Shown here piece after piece: positions 52,529 to 64,000 of a stretch of DNA of 64,000 bases (the first letter of the stretch is position 1; each line of letters opens with the position of its first letter). Below the pieces are notes generated by a model that worked only from the letters and a program-made list of their open reading frames with translations, was not told where the DNA came from and ran no database searches. The DNA is from Octopus sinensis (Eukaryota). The stretch spans positions 107,446,001 to 107,510,000 of the forward strand of contig NC_043005.1 in assembly GCF_006345805.1 (NCBI RefSeq), given 5' to 3'. The position numbers were made by a program, and so were the translations under genes.

Positions 52529-54734
52529 TATATATATATATATTTCATGTATATATATGTATATTATACAGATGCTTAAAAACACACACGTACATACATT
52601 TCCTGGCCTATGTGCATACTTGCGAAAAGTTCAGACATCAGTGACACACGAATGTGGAAATTGGTGGACTTTCCAACCCGTTTTATATGCTTTCTTCATT
52701 TTCACTACCATCACGTGTGAAACTGTTAATACTCAATTAAAAATTTACAACAAATAATGCAGCCTCCCCGCCTTTCTTTTCGGTATTAAAAGTAACTAAC
52801 ACTTACCAATAGTTTGTTATTTTGTTATACATTTACCCCAGGTTAATCGTGTTCAAGTAGAAATATTAAAACCTTTCCAGTCGTGACCACCCAATATATT
52901 CTACTTTTCTATAGATAGCAAATATTTCCTTCGGTATTATGATGGTGACATTTGACAGACAGAAATTTCCTGATGTTTTTAATGGACTGAGTGACTCTAT
53001 CACGTTTCACTTTCCTTGGACTGGCTATACAGACTAATCTTCCTTAAATAATACTTTATTATTTCATAAAATACATGTTTTCATCATCATACATAAGAAA
53101 ATTGGATGGAATTTCTAACTGTTACCATTTCTAGGAAGCTTATGAATTAATATCAACCAGAGAAATAATGATAATATTCACAATTAAAATTTGCATTTAA
53201 TCATTGAAGCAGTGACTGAAATCTATATCTAAGGTTTTGTTCGGTATAGATTCTTCAAATTCTACTATGTATGACCTCTGTTCCGTTTAGCACAGATTCG
53301 TAATGTAAAAAACAATTATGTTTTTATAGGAATGTATTGACAATGAGAGTAAAAGTTATAAACTATCTCATTTGAATGATATTCAACTTTTGAGACAATA
53401 ACTTTAAAGTAATAATTCTACAGACTTTAGCACGGAAAAACGTATGCAAGTGTGTGGAGCGAGCTTGGAGTAATTGATACATGAATCTACTGCTTGATTT
53501 GCTCAAGCCAGCAGGATGAAACGAAAGTTTCTCCCCATAGGGTTTGAACGTATAACTTACAGGAGACGAAACTAATCTGATTATGCACTTAGCCCGTTGG
53601 CGAATTACGTCTTTCTCCTTCATCAAATACATAGGAATTTATAATATTCTTTAGATGGAAATTGTTTCTAATCTGATATATTTCTTGTACTTACTCGCGA
53701 AAAAAAGACAACAACAATTACAACTTCCGAAATAACAAGAGTAGAGAGCAATATCTTCTTCATTTAGAGAATTTCTCGGAGAATCTTTGATCAAAGGTGA
53801 TTGATTTTAATTAGATGATTTCGGCCAATTTAATTCTAGAAATGTTTTGCAATGTAAGTCTTGCAAGAAGTAAAGGTTTTACTGTGTCATCGTTTTCTCG
53901 TCAGAAACAACATTTCATCTCAACGGTCAACCGGTATTTCACACACCATTTAAAGATTTTTCAGATTTTAGCTAGAATCTAAGACACAGAAACCTATTCC
54001 ACTTTACCGCTCGGCTGACACACGAGGAATCCAGCCACTTGAAACAATGTTGATATGCTTCAATGGCAATATCTCCTCTTCTTTTACACTTTACACTTTG
54101 AATAATTATTGCCTTTCTCTTGACCACATATTTCCCAAGTGGTGTCCAAATTGTTCGAACTTTTCAAGCAAAAACGGTCTTGCAATATTAGGTTGAAGAA
54201 CCAATATTTCTAGCGATTATATTGGTGTCGAAAATCACTTTCTTTTTTCCCCTTATTACATTCTTTTTCACAGCATTAGTGATTTGGAGGCTTCCATGAA
54301 GGGACACGATTTTCATTTAATTAAATTCGTTTTGAAACCCCCGTGTTGTATTCTTATTCACTCCCTACTTTTCAATTTTATTTTATTTCATTTTTAAAGA
54401 ATCTCATCTGCTGGTCCGATGCGTATGGTATAAAGTGACCAAAGAAAAACCAGTTCGTATCCCGTCAAAAGCTGTTGTTGTGCTGGGATGTATTATTAAT
54501 TGCTATTACTGCTAACATAAATCGGAATTAGTCAACTAGGTTGTATATAATTATGTCAAATGTAGATATGCTTAGCTGCTGCTGAAAGAGGAGAAAACGA
54601 TTAATAGATAATTATGAGCACTGTCTTCCTGGACAAGAAACGAAGCTACAGGTTCAAACTCACCTAGAAGTGATATATTGTATATTATTCAATAATTCAT
54701 GAAAACTTTTTATGTCTTTGTATGATATACATAT

Positions 54735-54941
54735 TGACGTGATCGCATGTGTAACGCTGGCGATTTTTTACCTCCGTCCTCTCTTCTTTAGATCTTTACT
54801 TTTCCTATGTTTCTGACGAAGAGCTCCGCTCGAAACGTTAAACGCTCCTTCTTTCCTTCGTTCATGAGCGTCCAATAACACTATACTTGTTCCACGTCCA
54901 CACGTTGTGTTTTCTCTTTGTGTTTTCATGTTTGGATTAAC

Positions 54942-54945
<4 letters not shown>
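54735..54945 (+). mobile_element. Penelope-like terminal fragment ending at (TA)n
   Basis: Homologous to 36150-36350. Ends GGATTAAC-TATATA. Confidence 0.75.
54809..54843 (+). ncRNA. Minimal type I hammerhead ribozyme (35 nt)
   Basis: GTTT-CTGACGA-A-GAGC-TCC-GCTC-GAAAC-GTT-AAAC. Intact core, an extra A after A9, and palindromic AACGTT with no loop 3, so stem III could only form as a dimer. Confidence 0.7.
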
Positions 54946-54980
<35 letters not shown>

Positions 54981-55083
54981 TGTGTGTATGTGTGTTTGTG
55001 TGTTTATATGCGTATATATATGTATGTATACATACGCATGTATGTTTATATATATGTATATATATATATATATATGCATGCAT

Positions 55084-55131
<48 letters not shown>

Positions 55132-55824
55132 TTACGCAAACATACATACGTATGCATATATGAGTGAGTTATGTGTGTGCGTTTGCCCAGTCCTTACAAC
55201 ATGCAAGTAGATGATCTTACCAATACCGAATCTTTTATCCAAAAGTGTGACTTGGAAGTATATTAACGAAAGACCAATACAAGTAGAAATGCTCACAAAT
55301 GGTGTCCCTCAACGTAACGGCATCGATACTTAAGAAAAATAAGGAAAATAGAAACGGGCAACCCTTTTCGCTTGATTTTTTCGTGTCATGATTTGTGTTT
55401 AAGTTAACGAAGCACAACGAAAGTAATTTGGGCTTAGTATTTAGTAACTAGTTTTGAACGACCCATAATATTTCAACTGAAAATGATTGTAATCTTGTAC
55501 TACAATACAGGGGAATATAGTCATACTGTGCAACGTTCAAATTTTCGCAGATTAAACTACAATGTACAGATTTCACAACGGGTGTCTTTACAATGGAAAT
55601 GAAACAAAGATCAATTATTGATACCTATCCATTGCTGATTGCCACGCATGCCTTTTCTGAAATTGAAATAATTTTGTAGATAATTGTGGGTATAGGATAA
55701 CATAAAGTACATCCTAACACAAGTCGGGGGAAATGTCAACAGATTTCATAGTGTGCGAAGAGAGTGAAGACACAGACTGTCATTAGGGAAAAATCAAGAG
55801 ATTATATTAAAAGTTTCGAAATAT

Positions 55825-56465
55825 TATTTTCTATTCGAGTACAAGGTCAGAAATTCTGGGGAGGGGCTCTAGTCGATGCCAGTACGCAACTGGTACTTAA
55901 TTTATCGACCCCGAAAGGATGAAAGGCAAAGTCGACCTCGGCGGAATTTGAACTCAGAACGTAAAGGCAGACGAAATTACCTATTTCTTTACTACCCACA
56001 AGGAGCTAAACACAGAGGGGACAAACAAGGACAGACAAACGGATTAAGTCGATTACATCGACCCCAGTGCGTTACTGGTACTTAATTTATTGACCCCGAA
56101 AGGATGAAAGGCAAAGTCGACCTCGGCGGAATTTGAACTCAGAACGTAACGGCAGACGAAATACGGCTACGCATTTCGCCCTGCTTGCTAATGCTTCTGC
56201 CCGCTCGCCGCCATGGAAAGTCTAAAATATCAATATCATAGATGAAACAAGTCGGTGAGCTGGCAGAAACGTCAGCACGCCAAACGAAACGCTTAGCAGT
56301 GAGTTCGTCTCTCTTTACGTTCTGAGTTCAAATTTCGCCGAGGTCGACTTTGCCTTTCATCTTTACAGGGAACGAAAAATTAAGTACTAGTTGCGTACTG
56401 AGGTTGATCTAATCGACTGGACCCTCCCCCCAAAATGTCAGGCCTTGTTCCTAGAGTAGAAAATA
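55825..56465. mobile_element. Cluster of three family A SINEs (minus partial, minus full-length, plus)
   Basis: 55825-55980 (-, older tail, no head), 55982-56212 (-, young tail) and 56252-56465 (+, older tail). Confidence 0.9.
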
Positions 56466-58631
56466 ATATAGATGAAACTTGGTTTGTCAAAACTCAGTAA
56501 AACCAAAATCCAATCTTCTTACGTTCTATGCAATTTATGCATTTCAGAGATGATTTAGTGAAATAAAGAATAAGGAAAACTGAGACAACAATTGTATCAG
56601 TCAACTCTGGAAAAGACGATGTAAACTCTGGAAAAGACGATGTAAATAAACTTGCATATGTAAGGACATGCATATACAAACTTATATGTTACTATTTATT
56701 ATCTACCTCTGCACAAATTTCTCTCGCCTGTCCATACCCATCTTATCCCTACCACAGATTAATCACCATTTTCTTCAGAACTTTGACACTCTGTTTTAAA
56801 AGGCAATGAAAACTCTTTCAAATCTCTCGCTGCCTTCGTAAAAGAAGCCAGAATGTGTTAGATATAATGTTGTCGTAGACAAACTATATCAACAAACTGG
56901 TCACAACTGGACTGTTTTTCATGCTTACTCATAGTTGAGAACAGCAACAGCAATGACACTGTTAACACCTTCGCCAACATCAACACCAAAATCAAAAGGA
57001 ACAGCATCAATTGCGAATAAACCTGAGAGATTAAAATTTATAAGATATTCCGTGAGCGAAAAAGTTTCCATTACATAATCTGAAATTGGTTTGGGAATAA
57101 CAAAATATAGGTCCGTATAGTTTAACTGATTATTAACAAAATGACGCAATTAGAAACAGATTCATCCGAAAAATGTCTGTACTGCAGTGAATAACACAGT
57201 ACAGATAGTTTGATACGGCAATGCAGGTTTAGAGGTTGTTTTTCGTTTGAGAAAAATAAACCTTAATTTTTCCGGTTCTTAGATACGTAATCGCTCGACA
57301 AGTTGCAAATAGCAACGTAACCTTCTTTAAAAGTTTGAAACTAAAAGTATGCACTGGAAAGTATTGTCATTTTACAAACCGCACACATCGGCGGGCTGGA
57401 TGAAATATTTAAAATGATAGTTAGTTCCAGTAATAGAATTTAAAGAAAGCATTGGATTCAGTTGTTAGCTGTCATACACGGCAGCCGAAATCGTCTTTGA
57501 AATTCCTGAGGGAGATCTAGACATGTATCATCCTTTGGATAGAAGGACTTTCAGAACGAAGAACTTGTCAACAATGTAGTTATGTTTCCATGCAACTCAA
57601 TCATTTATCGTCTTCTAAAATGTATCTCAACAATTTCAAATATTTGGAAATACGGAGACAAAGAGAAAGCTATCAGCATCACATGAACCGAGTTGTTTAA
57701 GGGTTAGCCAATTAAAAATGAGTAAATATACTTTGGACCTTGGTTTTATCTAGATCATTTGCTTCACTAATCCCCTAAAAAGCCGCAAGAATTCTGACGG
57801 GTCGACACTGGTCAGATTTCTTTCTGGGAAATTTCAGAAAATAACACAATTATGTATGGCAAATGACTATCGACGCTGACGTCACATGCACATCATACAC
57901 AACTAACAGTAAATCTTGATATCTCTTTCCAAGTCACTGACATACCGATTGAAAGAAACCGTGGGCCGAGTTTGTAATTTCTATTCATTTTGAGCATATA
58001 TAAGTATATATCAACCTCTACACACTTCTAAGGTTGTATAGAAAAAATTTACGATCATCTGCCATAAAACATCTAAAATATAGATATACAGATAGATAAA
58101 CAGCTAGACAGACAGACAGACTGACAGACAAACAGACAGATGGATAGATAGACAGGTATATAGATATATACACACATACAGAGATAGATACGTTGATAGA
58201 CAAAGATAGAGATATATACGTGGAGAGAAAGTGTGTTTCGAAGGCTGATTGGGTGTTGGGAGAGATAATAAAACTGCTAGAATGGAGGATTAGATGGCTA
58301 AAGTGTTCTCTTGATAGAAATACCAAACATACGTTAATAATTCAAACCAATTCGAATTAATCTATCCTATTAACTGATATAAAATAAAAGTACAGTCCTG
58401 TAATTAAATAACAACAATAACAGTTCTCAGAAACCACACTCACAAGGCGTGTAACAAAAATTCATACGTACTGCCCTTTCCACTACTGTCTAAAGGATAA
58501 TATAAAGTTCCTAACAAAATGTCTATATTCAGCTAGTTTCTGTGTTCGGTCAGAGGTCAGGTTTCACCCATATATGATTTGCAGGAAGTATCGAAAGTTA
58601 TCCTGTCTTAATCTGATGTACATTGCAAAGT

Positions 58632-59224
58632 AACATTAAATATTATGAATAAATTATGAGCTAACAGTTAAGATTTTGATATAAAATGATATTAAAAGTT
58701 AGACTACTGTAAACACCATACATAGCACTCACACACACGCACACAAACACACACATATATGTATATGCTCATGTACTTACGAGTATACTTATATTTAGAA
58801 AGAGTGCTATAATTCGGTTATTAAACAAGTTGTATTGAACATTGTTTCATAAAATATATATAATTTGTTTAAATATCGTTATATATGGTGTTTATAACCC
58901 TGTAGGAAATTAGAAACAGAGAAATATATCTCATCTTAATCAGATATAGAAATGAGAATTAACATCAAAGAATATTAATAAATTATGAACTAGCAGTAAA
59001 GATTTTGATGTAAAAAATACGAAATGTTAAACATTTGTAAATATCAAATAGATACACGTATACATTCACATGTATACTTATAAGCACAGCTATATTGAAC
59101 GCATGCATGTATATAAAGAGTGCTATAATTTAGTTATTAAAAAGGGTGTACTGAACATTGTTTCATAAAATATATATCATTTGTTTAAATTTCATTACAT
59201 ATGATGTTTATAACCCGTGTAGAA
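58632..59224. repeat. Diverged tandem duplication, unit ~315-330 bp
   Basis: AATAAATTATGA.CTA.CAGT.AAGATTTTGAT and AAGAGTGCTATAATT..GTTATTAAA..TGAACATTGTTTCATAAAATATATAT.ATTTGTTTAAAT each occur twice, in the same order. Confidence 0.85.
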
Positions 59225-59665
59225 GAGACTGACGACATGGTAAGGAGGTTGAAGTACGTCTTGAATATGTACAACTCCTCAATTTCATCATTGTTCACTC
59301 TACACCAACTCGTTTCACACATCCAATTTATGAGATTAAATATCGATGGTATAAAACAATATCAGCTGAAACAAATGATGAAAAAAAAAAAATACTCGGT
59401 TTGCATTACACATATTTAGAATCATATATTGAATTATGTTTCTTCAAAAAGTTTTCAACTATCTCTGCAGCAAGAAGATGTAACAATGAACTAAAAAAAT
59501 AATAAAATAAAACAAAATAAAAAAAAAACTAAACTAAAATGAAATAAAGAAATATAAAAAAGCGAAGCTGAAACATATAAAGAATTAAAAAAAAAACTGA
59601 CGCAAATGTTACCAAAAAAATATTCACACGGAGATAATACACATTCATGAACATATATTCACGGC

Positions 59666-59721
<56 letters not shown>

Positions 59722-59731
59722 CATAATCATG

Positions 59732-59772
<41 letters not shown>

Positions 59773-59901
59773 CACACAAGATCTAAAGAATTATTAAATA
59801 TCAATGGTAATTTATGTTATTTTTTTTAACTGTCATTATTTTAATATATTTTGTTAAAGAATCTCAGTTATGTTTTGTTCTTTTGCTTATAACGTTTTCC
59901 A

Positions 59902-59965
<64 letters not shown>

Positions 59966-59989
59966 TAATAATAATAATAATAATAATAA

Positions 59990-60020
<31 letters not shown>
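59902..60020. repeat. (TAA)n(GAA)n microsatellite
   Basis: Read directly from the sequence. Confidence 0.95.
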
Positions 60021-60317
60021 AATATTATTCAATCGAAAAACATAAATGGAGGAAATATACTAGAATTTTATTTTATCTATATTTTATTTAGTTGTTTGGT
60101 GTTACTTTTGCGTTTATCTCAGCATGACAGGTGTCTTTCACTTCTTTGTGAGCATATTTTTTCCACCCCTGCATCCATGTATTTCTTATTTAATTTTTTT
60201 CTATAGTGTTGATTTTGAAATTGTAAATACATATATTCACACACATTCACAAACACACATATGCATACATATGTATACTCATAAATATATATGTATATAT
60301 ATATATATATTATATAT

Positions 60318-60370
<53 letters not shown>

Positions 60371-60708
60371 ATATACGTATGTATGTATTTATATGTATAT
60401 ATATATGCATGTATATAAATGTATGTTGTTATATATGTGTGTTCCTCTGCGAGTGTGCATGCGCATGTCGATCGATTGTTTTATGTTGTATTTCGATAGA
60501 TAATAGAATAGGTGTTACAATTTTTAAACAACACGAGCAAAAAATACAACACATCAGTCTGAACACTCACCACAAATACACACATACACAGATATATACA
60601 TATATACATGTATAAACATATACATGTATACATGGATATATACATATGCATAAGTATATATAAGTGCATATATATATATACGTATATATATATATATGTA
60701 CTTATATA

Positions 60709-60789
<81 letters not shown>

Positions 60790-62031
60790 ATTCAAAGACA
60801 CTTTTACACTCACGTTCACACATTAATCGCGCCCACATTAACAGAGACACAGATATATAAGCACTCAAAACGATATTGAAGTAAAAACAATAATGATATA
60901 AGCCTAATAAAAAAATCGTATATAAAATACAAAAATGAAAGTGAAAGTAAAATTGCGAAATCATGCCTCATATATTTAAGTTCAAAATAGCTGCTACCTA
61001 GCAGATAAGCGAAATAGGAAACATGGCTTCCTCCAATAAACTACCCGCACCCACCATTGCTTCTCTTTACCTATCTACGTTAAAGTATCTTCTGATATCT
61101 GTAAGAGAGAGGTTTCAATATTGAATGTTACCAACATAAATCTTAACCGATCGAGCGATGGAGCAACGGGTTTATCATCAACATTGTTTTTGCCTTCAAT
61201 GTTCACCATCGTTTGCTTATTTCTTCACCTGTTTGTATTTTATAGTTTTCGTTATCGACAATAACAAGAAGGAAATAAGAATCAGAAAGCAACAACAGTT
61301 CTTCTATATTGGTCACAAGGCTTACTTTATGATACAAAATATGTCATACGGAAAGGTTACACGACATGCGCTGGTTTACACATCCAACAGATTTAGAAGT
61401 GTAATGCAACAGGAAAATAAGTTAACGTTTGATATGTATCCCGTAAATATTAAACAAAGTAATTTTCTAGAAAGGGATAGAGTCTCACCATTGAAACAAA
61501 TCATCGTACTTAACACATTTTTCACATTCTCTCCTTAAGAAATTCGTTGTTCTCTTCAGACTAAGACATGCAGGTAGACTATAATATTCAGAGTTTTCTT
61601 GAGCACCATGTTACATCCATCTTGCATCATATTTTCCCCAGAACAGTAACATTCTTTTTCCTTCGCTTCTTAGCTCCTAGGGATACAGAAAACAAGTTAA
61701 TGAAGGATTGGTTGGAGAACGTAAGGCTCAAAGTTTGACCTCAAGTCTTTTAAACTGCATCATTCAAGCGAATTCTACTCCCCTGGTAACCATTTAGAGC
61801 AAAACTGGCTGCTCCTCCTCCTTGATAAGAAATGAATGGTGTGTGATTATTTTACAGTGGATTCAGCCAACATCCATGTCAGTCTTAAACGTGAGAACAT
61901 GTAGGTGACTTAAATCTACATATCCGCAACCCCCACCCCAAAAAAACTTAAGCGGAGAGAAAAATATAGTCTATGCTACTTACCTATCCCGTATGCTAAA
62001 TTTCTGGCTCTTTCTTCTCCGTTTTCGTTAT

Positions 62032-62791
62032 CTGGACAAGAAATGGAAGGGCTTTACGAACAGGGCAGTTAACTCCACCCCTGACATGCACTGAATTAAA
62101 TATTTACAAAATCCTGTTGCATTACACTTTTTCTTCCTTTTAAATTTTCGGCACTTTCTTCACTTTCTTCCTGGTTAGAAACGTCAATGATTCCTGGAAG
62201 TAATTTATAAGCCCTGGTCCAGCACTCTACAAAACAAAGTAATAAGTTGCTCTGTTTACTTGTACAGTGTCTTGTATGCCATCTACAAACCTACTGCAAA
62301 TGTAGACACTACATCCAAACTGCATTCTCTTACTAATAAGTAATTCGTCAGCCATATAATACCCTAAATCCCAGAACTCCAATCTTGCTCTTCACCTACT
62401 TAAATTGTTTCAGATCTAAAAAGATAAAAAATGCACCTGAAAATCGACAACCGCGCCACCTCACTGTCCAGAAATCTCCATTAGTGTTGCAGTTTCTGTG
62501 CTAGATAGCACATTACCAGTCGTAGCAGATGTTATTGGCAGGAGATGTTAGTAGAAGATGAAACTTCATACGTTCTACTCCCTCCTAGAAAAATCGTGAG
62601 AGTAAACTATTCAATGGAGAGAGAAAAAAATAACAAATAAAAAGTAACACTAGTAAATGATTACACGTACTAGAGTTGCTGGATACTATATTTTTGCCTA
62701 CTCTGCTCGACCTTTTGTGTATATTTAATTCAGTGCATGTTGGGATGAAGTTAACTGCCCTGTTCGCAATGTCCTTTCATTTCTTATCCAG
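62032..62791. repeat. ~80-bp imperfect inverted repeat enclosing ~600 bp
   Basis: 62032-62111 (..GAACAGGGCAGTTAACT..GACATGCACTGAATTAAATAT..) pairs with 62713-62791 (..ATATTTAATTCAGTGCATGTT..AGTTAACTGCCCTGTTC..). Confidence 0.85.
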
Positions 62792-63348
62792 TTTGATAAA
62801 AAGGTAACTTTAAAGAATTGCTAAAGCAGAGACCCATGAACCTATGAGGTGTGGATTGACATGAATTTTCTGGATCCCATCGTTAAGCTTCAGTTATATA
62901 CTGACCTTGCCACTACGCTAAATTTCGATATTTAATATATTCCTGTTACAAATTTTCAAAGACAGTAATATTTCTCGGGCAGTAATTTTTTTTCTTTTTC
63001 CTTATGTATTGAACTCTTTCGTTTGTTGCAAATGTCTAAAAATCAGCAATAATGAATTCGGTTTACTGTTTTGAGAGGGTTCATATTTCTTGTAAAATAT
63101 ATGCTATCTAAATATTTTCATTGAAACATCGGAATGTTTTATGAAAAGAAAGAGATGAATGGTACATATTTCATTAACAATTTTCTTCTAGAATGCATGG
63201 AAGTAAGTTGAAATTTTGAATGAAAAAAAATGTCCTATGCACGATGAAGTTTGGAAGCCATTTGATATGTAATAATGGATCAAATCTGAGAAAACGTATC
63301 ACAACTTTCGAAACTTATTAGGTAAGAAATTAAGATCACTAGTGAGTC

Positions 63349-63640
63349 TCACGAATAATCATGTGTTATCTGCGACAACAAAATATCTTTATCGACTGGC
63401 ACAAACACATATTTACTATCATCATATAACAATACCAGCATTTTCAAATATATAATTGTACACCAAAATCGGTGTACAATTTGTGAAGAGTTCTTCATTG
63501 ATCCGACTATGGAATTGGTCGATAAACTCATAAAAGCTAAAGTAGTTGAAGGTACTAATTCTGTGTTTATAGTAAATTTTTCCATTTTGTTCATGCCACA
63601 ACATATATTTATGCATATTTCGGGATGCAACGAATGCGAT
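63349..63640 (-). mobile_element. Possible Penelope-like RT N-terminal remnant
   Basis: KYVFVPVDK resembles the VxxPADK motif upstream of Penelope-type RTs. Single motif only. Confidence 0.3.
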
Positions 63641-63643
63641 ATA

Positions 63644-63743
63644 NNNNNNNNNNNNNNNNNNNNNNNNNNNNNNNNNNNNNNNNNNNNNNNNNNNNNNNNN
63701 NNNNNNNNNNNNNNNNNNNNNNNNNNNNNNNNNNNNNNNNNNN
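63644..63743. other. Assembly gap (100 N)
   Basis: Run of exactly 100 N, typical of a scaffolding placeholder. Confidence 0.98.
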
Positions 63744-63942
63744 TAAAGAGATTGACACGAGAATAGTATATTGTTATTTTATGTATGCATATATTTCATA
63801 TCATAAAATAGGTAGTATGTTCTGTGAACAGAAGTAAATCAGAAACTTAGAAAAAAACCTATATATTGATAAACAGGCAAACACACACATGTATATGAAT
63901 ATTATATACATACATATATACATATATATATCTATATATCTA

Positions 63943-64000
<58 letters not shown>

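Noticed and set aside
53860-54260. Possible Tc1/mariner fragments (VFSSETTFHLNG-like)
   Set aside because: Short motifs on inconsistent strands, with no TIRs found.
56603-56646. Two direct 21-bp repeats (AACTCTGGAAAAGACGATGTA)
   Set aside because: A simple slippage duplication with no spacer; not CRISPR-like.
63509-63837. ORFs spanning the N run
   Set aside because: Artefacts of the assembly gap.

Overview
AT-rich, microsatellite-saturated eukaryotic DNA. The repeat families and the (TA)n/(CA)n/(TAA)n load suggest an Octopus (coleoid cephalopod) genome; this is an inference. Almost all ORFs in the track are translated microsatellites or transposon debris. The window holds many tRNA-headed SINEs (at least three families, several with 13-20 bp target-site duplications), three Tc1/mariner remnants, and fragments of Tx1/L1-like, RTE, R4/Dong and Penelope-like (GIY-YIG) retroelements. 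There is a 100-N gap and one plausible host coding exon (39055-39140, NATD1-like GNAT). The most notable signal is about a dozen loci with minimal type I hammerhead-ribozyme-like motifs (CYGANGA-stem II-GAAAC-palindrome-GTH). Several lie in short non-coding fold-back modules of the form (TA)n-arm-spacer-inverted arm-tail-(TA)n, including a chain of three modules at 23.4-24.9 kb. These look like non-autonomous, ribozyme-bearing, microsatellite-targeting Penelope-derived retroelements. All assignments were made by eye, without database searches or folding software.
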